DNA from: a virus | Reading direction: 5' to 3' (one strand) | Length of the DNA: 62,614 bases | UHGV virus genome: UHGV-1371743 | Shown: positions 17,905-26,297 of the stretch, piece after piece | Numbering within the stretch: position 1 is the stretch's first letter | How the letters are laid out: each line of letters opens with the position of its first letter | Position numbers and translations under genes: made by a program | Notes under the pieces: model-generated | Databases searched by the model: none | Told to the model about the DNA's origin: nothing | What the model saw: only the letters and a program-made list of their open reading frames with translations

Positions 17905-18382
17905 TTATGGTCAACAGTACAATCCGCAACAACCTTATATGGATAGGTTGGCAGGTTTACAGCAATATCAACAGACGTTACAACAACCGCAAATGGCAGG
18001 GATACAAATGTCCTTACCAAATCAGCCTATCGGATTGAATGGGAAAGTGGTAGATACTATAGAACAAATCACAGCGAATGATGTTCCGATGGATGGAAGT
18101 GTTGCAATCTTTCCCAAAAAAGATATGTCGGAGATTTATTTAAAGTCATGGACGCCGAACGGAACAATCGCAACCGTAGTTTATCATCCAGTCATGGAAG
18201 AGTCAAGCAATTCTGCATCAGTTCAAGATAATTTAAAAATAGGATTATCCGATGAAGTGACAGAAATATTTATGCAGAAGTTTGACGAACTCGCAAATAA
18301 GATTGAAGAACTAGAAAAATCTATGACTAAACCAATGACAAAAACAACGGTTTCTAGGACTAAAAAGGAGAGTGAGACATAA
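17867..18382 (+). CDS. hypothetical protein with a Q/Y/P-rich N-terminus
   Basis: 171 aa, opening 'MQTYPQYYPQMNNYGQQYNPQQPY...'. Confidence 0.35.
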   Translation: MQTYPQYYPQMNNYGQQYNPQQPYMDRLAGLQQYQQTLQQPQMAGIQMSLPNQPIGLNGKVVDTIEQITANDVPMDGSVAIFPKKDMSEIYLKSWTPNGTIATVVYHPVMEESSNSASVQDNLKIGLSDEVTEIFMQKFDELANKIEELEKSMTKPMTKTTVSRTKKESET

Positions 18383-18621
18383 TGAATCCTTTGACAATGA
18401 TAGGACAAATGATAAAAAATGGAGGAAATCCGCAGCAGATTTTCCGACAGATGATGGGGAATAATCCTGCAATGAATAATCCAATTATGAAAAATGCGTT
18501 TGAAATGGCGCAAAAAGGAGACTCAAGAGGGGTCGAAGAACTTGCAAGGAATTTGTGCAAGGAAAAAGGGATTAATCCCGATGAAGCAATAGAAAAAGTT
18601 AGACAGCAATTAGGAATGTAG
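18382..18621 (+). CDS. hypothetical protein
   Basis: 79 aa ORF with a GGAG RBS. Confidence 0.3.
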   Translation: MNPLTMIGQMIKNGGNPQQIFRQMMGNNPAMNNPIMKNAFEMAQKGDSRGVEELARNLCKEKGINPDEAIEKVRQQLGM

Positions 18622-18690
18622 CATATTAGAGGTTGCCGGCATAATACTTAAGTTCCTCTTTATGAATAAAAAATAAGGAGGACATCTAAT

Positions 18691-19452
18691 ATGTTCAATA
18701 CAGGTAATTGTTCCGTTCCATTGGTAGCATCTATTGATGGAAATGGAAACAACGGAAATGGTTTCGGAGATGGCGGCTGGGCATGGTGGATCATTATTCT
18801 CTTAATCTTCGGATGGGGCGGTAATGGTTTTGGCTTCGGTGGTAATGGTGGAGCAAATTCACCTGGATTACAAGGACTTGCAACAAGAGCAGATATCAAT
18901 GAAGGATTTGCTCTGAACAACTTGCAGTCTGGAATTAACGCTTTGCAGCAAGGAATTTGCGACAGCACCTATGCGTTAAATAATGCAATCACAAACGGTT
19001 TCAACAACACAAACATGGGAATGATGCAGGGATTTAACGGCGTAGAACGTGGCTTCTGTAATCTTTCTGCACAGTTGGCTCAGTGCTGCTGTGATAACAG
19101 AGAAGCAATTTCACAAGTTCGTTACGACATTGCAACTCAGGCTTGCGACACAAGAAACGTGATTCAGAACAGCACGAAAGATATTATCGAGGGTCAGAAC
19201 GCAGGAACAAGAGCAATCCTTGACTTCTTAACACAGGACAAGATTGCATCTCTTCAGGCTGAAAATCAGAGCCTTAAGTTCCAGGCTTCTCAGACAGCTC
19301 AGAATGCTTACATCACTGCTAATCAGGATGCACAGACAGCGGAATTGATCCGAAGACTTGGAGCTGATTGTCCGCAACCGGCTTACGTGGTTCAACCGCC
19401 ACAGCCAGTCACATTTCCTAACTACAACTCTTGCGGTTGTGGATGCGCGTAA
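18691..19452 (+). CDS. Gly/Asn/Gln-rich membrane-associated protein with a Cys-rich C-terminus
   Basis: GNG repeats, a hydrophobic 'WAWWIIILLIFGW' segment and a terminal 'CGCGCA'. RBS 'aaggagg'. Confidence 0.4.
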   Translation: MFNTGNCSVPLVASIDGNGNNGNGFGDGGWAWWIIILLIFGWGGNGFGFGGNGGANSPGLQGLATRADINEGFALNNLQSGINALQQGICDSTYALNNAITNGFNNTNMGMMQGFNGVERGFCNLSAQLAQCCCDNREAISQVRYDIATQACDTRNVIQNSTKDIIEGQNAGTRAILDFLTQDKIASLQAENQSLKFQASQTAQNAYITANQDAQTAELIRRLGADCPQPAYVVQPPQPVTFPNYNSCGCGCA

Positions 19453-19540
19453 TTAAATAAACTCGCCGATTTAGGCTGATAACATTTCTATGGGATAGGT
19501 CTAATGGCTTATCCCATATTGATTTAAGGAGGAAAATATT

Positions 19541-19948
19541 ATGGCTTGTAAAAATACTTGTCGGCTTTGTGATCGCTTGGTTATCTCAGAATCAGTCGTA
19601 TATACAGCCGGAATAGGTCTTGTTATAAGAATTCCGGCAGGCTCTTATAACGATAATGAAAAATATTGTATCGTTGTTGGACAGGCGATTCCTGATACAA
19701 CAGTAATCAATGCTCCTGTTTTTATTCAAATTGGAACCGGAGCAGTACTATATCCACTCACACAGCCGGGGTGTGACCAAGTTACAGCATGCGGTATTAA
19801 AACCAGAACGCGATATGCAACAGTTGTTCATACATCCGCAGATTCCGGTACATTCAGATTGTGTAAAAGAGTTTGTTGCACAACAAAAAATTTGAGGGCA
19901 ATTAATGGAGAGGGAACAGCAGTAACACCAACAGGAGGTGACGCATAA
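19541..19948 (+). CDS. Cys-rich hypothetical protein
   Basis: 135 aa with multiple Cys residues. RBS 'aaggagg'. Confidence 0.35.
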   Translation: MACKNTCRLCDRLVISESVVYTAGIGLVIRIPAGSYNDNEKYCIVVGQAIPDTTVINAPVFIQIGTGAVLYPLTQPGCDQVTACGIKTRTRYATVVHTSADSGTFRLCKRVCCTTKNLRAINGEGTAVTPTGGDA

Positions 19949-20682
19949 TGCATAAATTTGCAAAACAGATAGCAGAATGTCTGAAATCAAAGGTAGAAGG
20001 AAAAGGAATTGACAATCTCAATTTGTCAGAAGTTGAAGAGCTAAAGGCTTGGTCTGAAATCATTAAAAACATTGTATGCTATGATAAGGATTATCGTATC
20101 ATTGAAGCGATGGATAAGGAAGAAAAAGAAGAGGAAGAATCTGAAAAGTATTTTCTGAAAATGCTGAAAGAAGAATACGGCATGGAAGACGAAGAGGCAC
20201 GAAGATTTTACCGTGGACAGCCGCGAAGTAAAACAAGCGGTCGTTTTATGAGACGTGGTGATGGTAGACGTAATTATACTCCATATTCCTACATGATGCC
20301 GGAAATGTATGACGAAGATGCGGAATATTACAGGGATATGGATAGAAGCGAAGGACGCATGTATTATTCCGGTGATTCCGGAAGTGCACCGACTCCAAAT
20401 TCTGGTAACGGAAACTATTCTGGTGGTCGTAGAGGATACGGAAAAACACGTTTCAACGATGGCACAAGCACCCGATACGAGATGGCAAAAAGAAATTACA
20501 CAGAAGCGAAAGAACTTCATAACGGAAATAGCACAGAGGACAAACAAGCAAAAATGAAAGAGCTTGAGAAATACATGTCTGAACTTGGAAGTGACATTAC
20601 AGAAATGATTTCTGATGCATCCAATGAAGAAAAAACTCTTCTCAAGAATAAGTTGCAGGTATTGGCGCAGAAGGTAGTATAA
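19948..20682 (+). CDS. hypothetical charged protein (E/K/R/G/Y-rich)
   Basis: 244 aa ORF. Confidence 0.4.
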   Translation: MHKFAKQIAECLKSKVEGKGIDNLNLSEVEELKAWSEIIKNIVCYDKDYRIIEAMDKEEKEEEESEKYFLKMLKEEYGMEDEEARRFYRGQPRSKTSGRFMRRGDGRRNYTPYSYMMPEMYDEDAEYYRDMDRSEGRMYYSGDSGSAPTPNSGNGNYSGGRRGYGKTRFNDGTSTRYEMAKRNYTEAKELHNGNSTEDKQAKMKELEKYMSELGSDITEMISDASNEEKTLLKNKLQVLAQKVV

Positions 20683-20688
20683 GATTAA

Positions 20689-20711
20689 GGGGTCGAATCA
20701 GACCCCTTTTT
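20689..20711 (+). terminator. rho-independent terminator
   Basis: ggggtc-gaatca-gacccc stem-loop followed by ttttt. Confidence 0.7.
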
Positions 20712-20725
20712 AAGTAGGTGATAAT

Positions 20726-21055
20726 ATGACGTTTATAATAAATAATCGAATGTGGCACATTGAATTTGTAAATGCTTCAAGTGAAAAACTGCATAGAAGT
20801 GACGATTCTTTAACGGTTGGTGTTACAGATGGAAATGATAATTGCGTGTATCTATCAGATTTGTTATCCGGCTCATTTCTTAAAAAAGTATTGTGCCACG
20901 AATTATGCCACTGTTTTATGATGTCCTATAATATTTCAATTCCGATTGAACAGGAGGAATTTCTTGCAGACTGGATCAGCATTTATGGAGAAGATTTAAT
21001 TTATCTTCTGGATGATTTAATGAGTGCAATGTCAAGAGAGGTGCGATATGGATAA
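20726..21055 (+). CDS. HExxH metallopeptidase-like protein (ImmA/IrrE-like, tentative)
   Basis: 'CHELCHC' contains an HExxH motif in a small roughly 110 aa protein. Confidence 0.4.
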   Translation: MTFIINNRMWHIEFVNASSEKLHRSDDSLTVGVTDGNDNCVYLSDLLSGSFLKKVLCHELCHCFMMSYNISIPIEQEEFLADWISIYGEDLIYLLDDLMSAMSREVRYG

Positions 21056-21276
21056 AATAGATGAATTGTTGCAATATGTTAGGAAAACGAATCCTGAAAT
21101 GACAAGAGCAAGACTGATTTTCGAGTTATCACAAAGCCGATATTCGACAGCAGGGTTGTGGAATACATATAAAAATAGTGCATTTAATAAAGGTAAGAGG
21201 TAGCCTAGTCTACTTCTTTCTTTTTACGCTTTTTTGTGGTAGAATGTTGGTATCATACGAATGGGAGGATATGAGG

Positions 21277-21846
21277 ATGAAAAAGAAAATTTTATCAATG
21301 TTACTCGTAGGGACAATGGCTTTATCAATGACGGCTTGTGGAAGTGGAAAAGAAAGCGGAGTATCAGAAGCGGAATACGACAAGGTTGTAAAAGAACGCG
21401 ATCAGTACAAGGAAGAGTTAGAAGAAATTAAAAAGAAGGAAGAGGAGAGTAAAGAAACAAAAGAATTTAAAGTAGGCGAAACATGGGAAGTTGATGGGAA
21501 GTTTAAAGTTACTGTAAATTCTGTAATCGCAACAGATTATCGTAATCAATTTGATGAAAGTAATCCAGCCGCAGTGTATGTAATTAATTATACATATGAA
21601 AATATCGGATTAAAAGAAGATTTGTATGTTAATTTTGAATCGAAAGTTGTGGACAATGCCGGAAAAGTGGCAAGTTCTTATCCCGGTGATACTGAAAAAT
21701 ATCCAGAATCAGTTCCTACAGGAGCGTTTTGTGAAGCAGAAGTTACGATAGGCGTTGAAAATGCCGGAAGCTTTAAAGACTATGTTTCGATTTATGACGA
21801 CGATTACAATGAGTATTCAGCTATATTTAATTTAGAAGTACAATAA
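21277..21846 (+). CDS. putative lipoprotein (DUF4352-like)
   Basis: 'MKKKILSMLLVGTMALSMTAC' gives a signal peptide plus lipobox-like Cys. GGGAGGA RBS. Confidence 0.5.
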   Translation: MKKKILSMLLVGTMALSMTACGSGKESGVSEAEYDKVVKERDQYKEELEEIKKKEEESKETKEFKVGETWEVDGKFKVTVNSVIATDYRNQFDESNPAAVYVINYTYENIGLKEDLYVNFESKVVDNAGKVASSYPGDTEKYPESVPTGAFCEAEVTIGVENAGSFKDYVSIYDDDYNEYSAIFNLEVQ

Positions 21847-21863
21847 AAAAGGAGAAATTTGTT

Positions 21864-22220
21864 ATGAAAACTTGGAAATTGGTATCTGGTATTTTGTCAA
21901 TTATTTTATTCGTAGTGGTATCTTTTCAATCTTGCGCGGTTGGAATCGGAAACACGCTTGGGGAAACAGGGGAAGTTGGTGGAAGTGGAGGAATTGTTCT
22001 TTCAATCTTAATGCTTGCTGGAGGAATTGTTTCAATCGCTACTAGAAACACAAAAGGAAAAGGCGGGAACATTTCTTTAATTATTCTTTTTGGGTTAGCT
22101 TCATTTTTCGGTTTTGTATTGGCAGGAAGTTATACAGACTTGAAAATTTGGGCGGGATGGTGTTTAATCAATGCTATTTTAGCAGTTGTTGCGATCGTAA
22201 AAAGTAAGAAAACAGAATAA
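21864..22220 (+). CDS. small integral membrane protein
   Basis: Three or four hydrophobic helices. RBS 'aaaggagaaa'. Confidence 0.45.
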   Translation: MKTWKLVSGILSIILFVVVSFQSCAVGIGNTLGETGEVGGSGGIVLSILMLAGGIVSIATRNTKGKGGNISLIILFGLASFFGFVLAGSYTDLKIWAGWCLINAILAVVAIVKSKKTE

Positions 22221-22275
22221 TTTTTGATGTACTGATAGCGGTGGAGAAATCTACCGCTATTTTCTTAAAAAACAC

Positions 22276-22313
22276 TTGACAAAATGTAATTACAATATTA
22301 ATATGTAATTACA
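22276..22313 (+). promoter_or_regulatory. sigma70-like promoter (TTGACA-17-TAATAT) carrying two perfect palindromic operators TGTAATTACA
   Basis: Palindromes at 22285..22294 (in the spacer) and 22304..22313 (-10/+1). The whole region is nested in a larger cactt...aagtg dyad. Confidence 0.5.
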
Positions 22314-22335
22314 TTAAGTGAAAGGAGATGGTATA

Positions 22336-22518
22336 TTGTCACCGATGAAAGGTCAGAAAATTAAAGATGACCCAATCAATAAGCTTGTTCACTTTAGAAT
22401 AAACGATGAGACAAATAAACAGCTTGAATTTGTTTCTCAAAAAAACAATGTGAGCAAATCAGAAGTGATAAGAAAAGGTATTGAAATTCAATACAAAGAG
22501 TTAAAAGAAAAAGAGTAA
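22336..22518 (+). CDS. ribbon-helix-helix (CopG/Arc-like) small regulator (TTG start assumed)
   Basis: 'KLVHFRINDETNKQLEFVSQKNNVSKSEVIRKGIE' gives a beta-strand plus two helices. AAAGGAG RBS lies 8 nt upstream of the TTG. Confidence 0.45.
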   Translation: MSPMKGQKIKDDPINKLVHFRINDETNKQLEFVSQKNNVSKSEVIRKGIEIQYKELKEKE

Positions 22519-22633
22519 TCGTTCCACCGACCAAAGCGACACGATTACTCCACAAAGCACACACCAAAGGAGCATGCACAATTATTGTATCTCTTTTTGG
22601 TGTAGTTGTCAAACATCGAAAGGAGATTTTTTT

Positions 22634-22882
22634 ATGGAAAAAGATGTAAAACGTACTATTTTACGAGTATTAAAAGGCAAGAAAGGAACCGGTAGAAAGC
22701 GTACACAAAAAGAAGTTTATTCTCAAATGCAAAGATATAGACAAATAACTGCAACCGTTGAACCGAATCTTGATTGGGAAGATTACCTCAATCTGATTGA
22801 TATTGGAACAAAAATCAACGTGAATAACGCAGTGGATTTAGCATTTAGAATAGGCTTTTTAGCTGGAAAGCGGGGAAAATAG
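22634..22882 (+). CDS. hypothetical protein
   Basis: AAAGGAG RBS, trimmed from ORF 22574..22882. Confidence 0.3.
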   Translation: MEKDVKRTILRVLKGKKGTGRKRTQKEVYSQMQRYRQITATVEPNLDWEDYLNLIDIGTKINVNNAVDLAFRIGFLAGKRGK

Positions 22883-22883
22883 T

Positions 22884-23126
22884 ATGGACAAATTTTTAGA
22901 AATCACATTTGAAAACCAGATACTTGCAACAAAAGACGGAGATAAATTCGTAGAATATTTCGCTCCGTTTATGGAAAAGCTGAAAGGAATTGTCAGCGCA
23001 GAACTGTATGAGGAGTTTGACGAACTGTTAAACGGTTGCGCCAATCAGAATAACATATTCTATGGCGTGCAGGGAATGAAGCTTGCTATGGGTGTTCTTG
23101 ACGGAACATATCAGTTGACGGTTTAG
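22884..23126 (+). CDS. hypothetical protein
   Basis: 80 aa ORF. Confidence 0.3.
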   Translation: MDKFLEITFENQILATKDGDKFVEYFAPFMEKLKGIVSAELYEEFDELLNGCANQNNIFYGVQGMKLAMGVLDGTYQLTV

Positions 23127-23138
23127 GAGGTGTAGATC

Positions 23139-24200
23139 ATGAGTGATGTTATGACAGTTCGAAAGAGCTGGAATAGGAAAGATATTACAGGACAAACATT
23201 TGGCTATTTAACTGCAATTGGATACGATCATTTTGATGGTAAGAGTAGTTATTGGAAATTTAGATGTAAATGTGGAAACACTGTTATACGTTCTTTAAAA
23301 AAATTAAGAGAAGCGAAAACTCCTAGTTGCGGCTGTTACGCAGAAGAAATAAAAGCAGAAGCGAAAAGGAGACGTGATGAAAAAGAATCTAAAAGTAAAT
23401 ACTATCACGAAAATGCAAAATGCAATCGAAATCTTGAGGGAAACAAAATAGGAAAACTAAAAGTGATTAAGTTGCTTTCAGAAAAATCTGGAATAGACGC
23501 TGAATATTTGTGCAGATGCGATTGTGGAAACGCTGTAATAAAAAAGCAGAAATACTTGATAAACACTTCTAATAATCACAGTTGTGGTTGTGGAAGAAAG
23601 AATGCTGCTTGCAGGGATAAATCAAGGAATAGATTGCTTGGTATATATAGAAATATGATTTATAGATGTTATAACAAGAACAGTTCATCTTACAAATATT
23701 ATGGAGAAAAAGGAATTACGGTTAATAAGATTTGGCTCGGAGACAATGGCTTTGAAAAATTTTATCAATGGGCAATACATAATGGATATAACGATGAATT
23801 GACGATTGATAGAATAAATCCAAACGGTAATTATACACCAGAGAATTGCAGGTGGGCTGACGCAGAAACCCAAGCTAATAACAAAACAAACAACATTCAC
23901 GTTCAATACGAAGATGAAGTAATGACTTTATCAGAGTTTTGTAGAAAATTAGGATTAGATTACAAAATGTCAAGATTGATTATACAAAATGATTGCGTTT
24001 TTTCTGGAGAATATATCGAAAAAATATTGCAGAAAAAAACAAATCCCCCCCCTATAGTTAAAATTGAAGTGAAAAATGAACTAAAAAATATCGAAAATTT
24101 TATTGCAAAAATTTTTAAAGCCCCCCCTATATACTTTTATGGGTCGAAATTTCAGATAAAATCCGTTGAAAATTTCACACCGATTTTGAACCGATTTTAA
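23139..24200 (+). CDS. HNH (HNH_3/AP2-like) homing-endonuclease-like protein; C-terminal roughly 60 aa are low-complexity and doubtful
   Basis: 'IDRINPNGNYTPENCRWADAETQANN' is an HNH_3 signature, with an upstream Cys-rich zinc-binding region. Two poly-C tracts lie in the 3' tail. Confidence 0.6.
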   Translation: MSDVMTVRKSWNRKDITGQTFGYLTAIGYDHFDGKSSYWKFRCKCGNTVIRSLKKLREAKTPSCGCYAEEIKAEAKRRRDEKESKSKYYHENAKCNRNLEGNKIGKLKVIKLLSEKSGIDAEYLCRCDCGNAVIKKQKYLINTSNNHSCGCGRKNAACRDKSRNRLLGIYRNMIYRCYNKNSSSYKYYGEKGITVNKIWLGDNGFEKFYQWAIHNGYNDELTIDRINPNGNYTPENCRWADAETQANNKTNNIHVQYEDEVMTLSEFCRKLGLDYKMSRLIIQNDCVFSGEYIEKILQKKTNPPPIVKIEVKNELKNIENFIAKIFKAPPIYFYGSKFQIKSVENFTPILNRF

Positions 24201-24420
24201 GGCTGGAAGTAGTGCGGAACTGCCAAAAAAAACGCGGACTTTTAGCGCATTTCTTCTGGTGATCTGTCGAACTGACAGCGCACAACATAACTGTACACGC
24301 TCGTATTTTGACCGTATAGCGCATTTTGTTATAAAAGCATGAATTATAGTGTAAACGGTAAAGATGTCTCATATCGTCAAATATAGACTTTTTCATGGCA
24401 TTTGTCAAGGTGCAGAAAAA

Positions 24421-24446
24421 GCCCGGAATAATTCCGGGCGCGTTTT
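24421..24446. terminator. bidirectional hairpin terminator
   Basis: gcccgga-ataat-tccgggc stem, followed by gcgtttt on the + strand and tttttctgc on the - strand. Confidence 0.5.
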
Positions 24447-24743
24447 AATAGCCAAATACAAGCCAGTATATAAACATAAAAAAAGATTGATCCAAACGAT
24501 AAAGCGAACAGCTCAAGCCATTCAATAAATACTTTTATTTTTCTTTTCATTTCCATCACCTCTTAAATTTTAATAACTGGCAGTTATGCTGCCGCCGATC
24601 AGCTACAACCCGGAATCTGATACGCTCACGCCGGAAAGCGGATATTTTTAATAAATGGGATGTATCAACCCTTTCTCTGTCCTCTGCCTTTTCACGGAGT
24701 TGGAACCGCCCACGCTGGCATTACAGAGCCGGAACACGTCCGG

Positions 24744-24974
24744 CTATGCTTCTTCCATCCAGATGTTATATATCTGCTCTGGGCTGTATTCTGTAAACCA
24801 CGAAACAACCATTTCTAATTGTTCGCCCATTTCTTCCCAGATGATTTTTAAATCATTTCCGATTGTTTCACAGTCAAGGAATTTTCCGCTGATACCGTAA
24901 TCAATTTCACTGTTCTTGTACCAACTATTTGTAATTTTCTCATTTAGATAATTTTTAATATTTTCAATTTTCAT
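24744..24974 (-). CDS. hypothetical protein (minus strand)
   Basis: 76 aa ORF with a hairpin downstream of its stop. Confidence 0.4.
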   Translation of the reverse strand: MKIENIKNYLNEKITNSWYKNSEIDYGISGKFLDCETIGNDLKIIWEEMGEQLEMVVSWFTEYSPEQIYNIWMEEA

Positions 24975-25059
24975 GTTTTCCCTTTCTGGTCTGCCATCAT
25001 CAGCACCGGGAGACCGTCCCGCGGTGGACGCTCCTAAGAGCGTTTCGGCTGTTTATAAA

Positions 25060-25362
25060 TTACAAAAAAACTTCATCTTCTCTATAGTATTCTTCCATGT
25101 CAACAGCTGCACTGAATCGGTCTGAAACGCTGAAAGAATAGCCAAAATCTTTATTATAATTTTTGCTTGCCTCTGTCGCTATGTAGTAGTATGCGTCAAC
25201 GGCTTTTTCCTTGTCATATGCGCCTTTGATGGCTTTCTTTCTTAAGTTTTCGATTATCGGCGTTATCATTCTTCTGTATAAATCGTCGTCGCTCGTTGCG
25301 TATAAAAATAAATCTATGCTTTTAGAGGTTTCTTTGTAAATCATGGATTTTGTTCTTTTCAT
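25060..25362 (-). CDS. hypothetical protein (minus strand)
   Basis: 100 aa ORF. Confidence 0.4.
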   Translation of the reverse strand: MKRTKSMIYKETSKSIDLFLYATSDDDLYRRMITPIIENLRKKAIKGAYDKEKAVDAYYYIATEASKNYNKDFGYSFSVSDRFSAAVDMEEYYREDEVFL

Positions 25363-25609
25363 TGTTTTTTACCTTTCACCCTGTTATAATGGGTTTACCT
25401 TTCTTTTTTTTGATTGGTGCCGGTTGCTTGTCTTGCTAGGATTTCAACCGGCTTTTGTTTTATTTGATGATATTATAATAGCATATATAAGGCACAAAAA
25501 CAATTATTAATAATACACAAATATAAGGCACAAAATTAACTATAATATTGTTTAAAGTGTATAAGGCACAAAGAAAGAGATTAAACAATCATAATATCTT
25601 TTAATCATA

Positions 25610-25638
25610 TTGACATATAAGGCACAAAGAAATATAAT
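25610..25638 (+). promoter_or_regulatory. sigma70-like promoter TTGACA-17-TATAAT upstream of gene 25665
   Basis: The 17 bp spacer contains the AAGGCACAAA motif. Confidence 0.55.
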
Positions 25639-25664
25639 TATAGAAAAGAAAGGAGTTAAATATA

Positions 25665-25994
25665 ATGAATAATAATGTAATAGAAATAACAGAAACCGAG
25701 CTGAATGGCTACCACATTAAAAAAGTGTATAATGGATGGATGATTGCGGAAAATGGGGAGATGTTCAAAACTTGCGTTGATGCGGAACGTTATATAAGGA
25801 ACGGATTGAAAAGAACGACAGAAGCGCAAAGAAGAGCGGTTTATAATTATGATGATACTTTTGAACGTGTAAATTGTCGTTTTGCTAAAGGCACGAAAGA
25901 ACGCATAAAGAAAATAGGATATAAAAGCGTTAATGATTACATAAAATTAGCAGTCATGGAAAAGTTGGAACGTGACGAAAAAATATTGAACTAA
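25665..25994 (+). CDS. ribbon-helix-helix-type DNA-binding protein (C-terminal RHH)
   Basis: C-terminal 'VNCRFAKGTKERIKKIGYKSVNDYIKLAVMEKLERDE' looks like an RHH. RBS 'aaaggag'. Confidence 0.5.
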   Translation: MNNNVIEITETELNGYHIKKVYNGWMIAENGEMFKTCVDAERYIRNGLKRTTEAQRRAVYNYDDTFERVNCRFAKGTKERIKKIGYKSVNDYIKLAVMEKLERDEKILN

Positions 25995-26009
25995 GGCACA
26001 AAATAAATA

Positions 26010-26041
26010 TTGACATATAAGGCACAAAATGTTATTATAAT
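26010..26041 (+). promoter_or_regulatory. sigma70-like promoter TTGACA-17-TATTAT(AAT)
   Basis: The spacer again contains AAGGCACAAA. Upstream of small ORF 26083. Confidence 0.5.
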
Positions 26042-26082
26042 ATTGTCGAAAGGCAATAACCCGAACGGGAGAAAGGAGAACC

Positions 26083-26229
26083 ATGAACGAGATGACCAAA
26101 GAAGAAATGCAGAGATTTTTAAATCGTGAAGCTGAAAAGGGCAGCACAGAGTACGAAGCACTTAAGGCACTAGCGGACATTCTTGGGATTGAATTTCCGG
26201 AATTGAAGCAAAAAGAAAAAGCAGAATAA
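26083..26229 (+). CDS. hypothetical small protein (48 aa)
   Basis: Strong 'aaaggagaa' RBS. Not in the supplied ORF track because it is under 60 aa. Confidence 0.3.
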   Translation: MNEMTKEEMQRFLNREAEKGSTEYEALKALADILGIEFPELKQKEKAE

Positions 26230-26297
26230 CCGGACAGCATAAGCAAAAAAGGGGCGGAGAGATTCGCCCCCAATATTTTTAGAAAGGAAGCGAGGAC

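Larger units (their letters stand above)
25486..26028. promoter_or_regulatory. six direct copies of the 13-bp motif TATAAGGCACAAA (operator/iteron-like)
   Basis: Full copies start at 25486, 25522, 25560, 25616 and 26016, with a partial copy at 25994. Two of them sit in the spacers of TTGACA promoters. Confidence 0.6.

Noticed and set aside
24655-24900. Plus-strand 81 aa ORF
   Set aside because: It is antisense to the better-supported minus gene 24744..24974 and has an S/P/L-rich composition.
25486-26028. Considered whether the regularly spaced TATAAGGCACAAA copies form a mini CRISPR array
   Set aside because: The 13-bp unit is too short and the spacings are irregular (35, 37, 54, about 370 bp). 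Copies sit inside promoter spacers and there are no cas genes, so they are operators or iterons instead.
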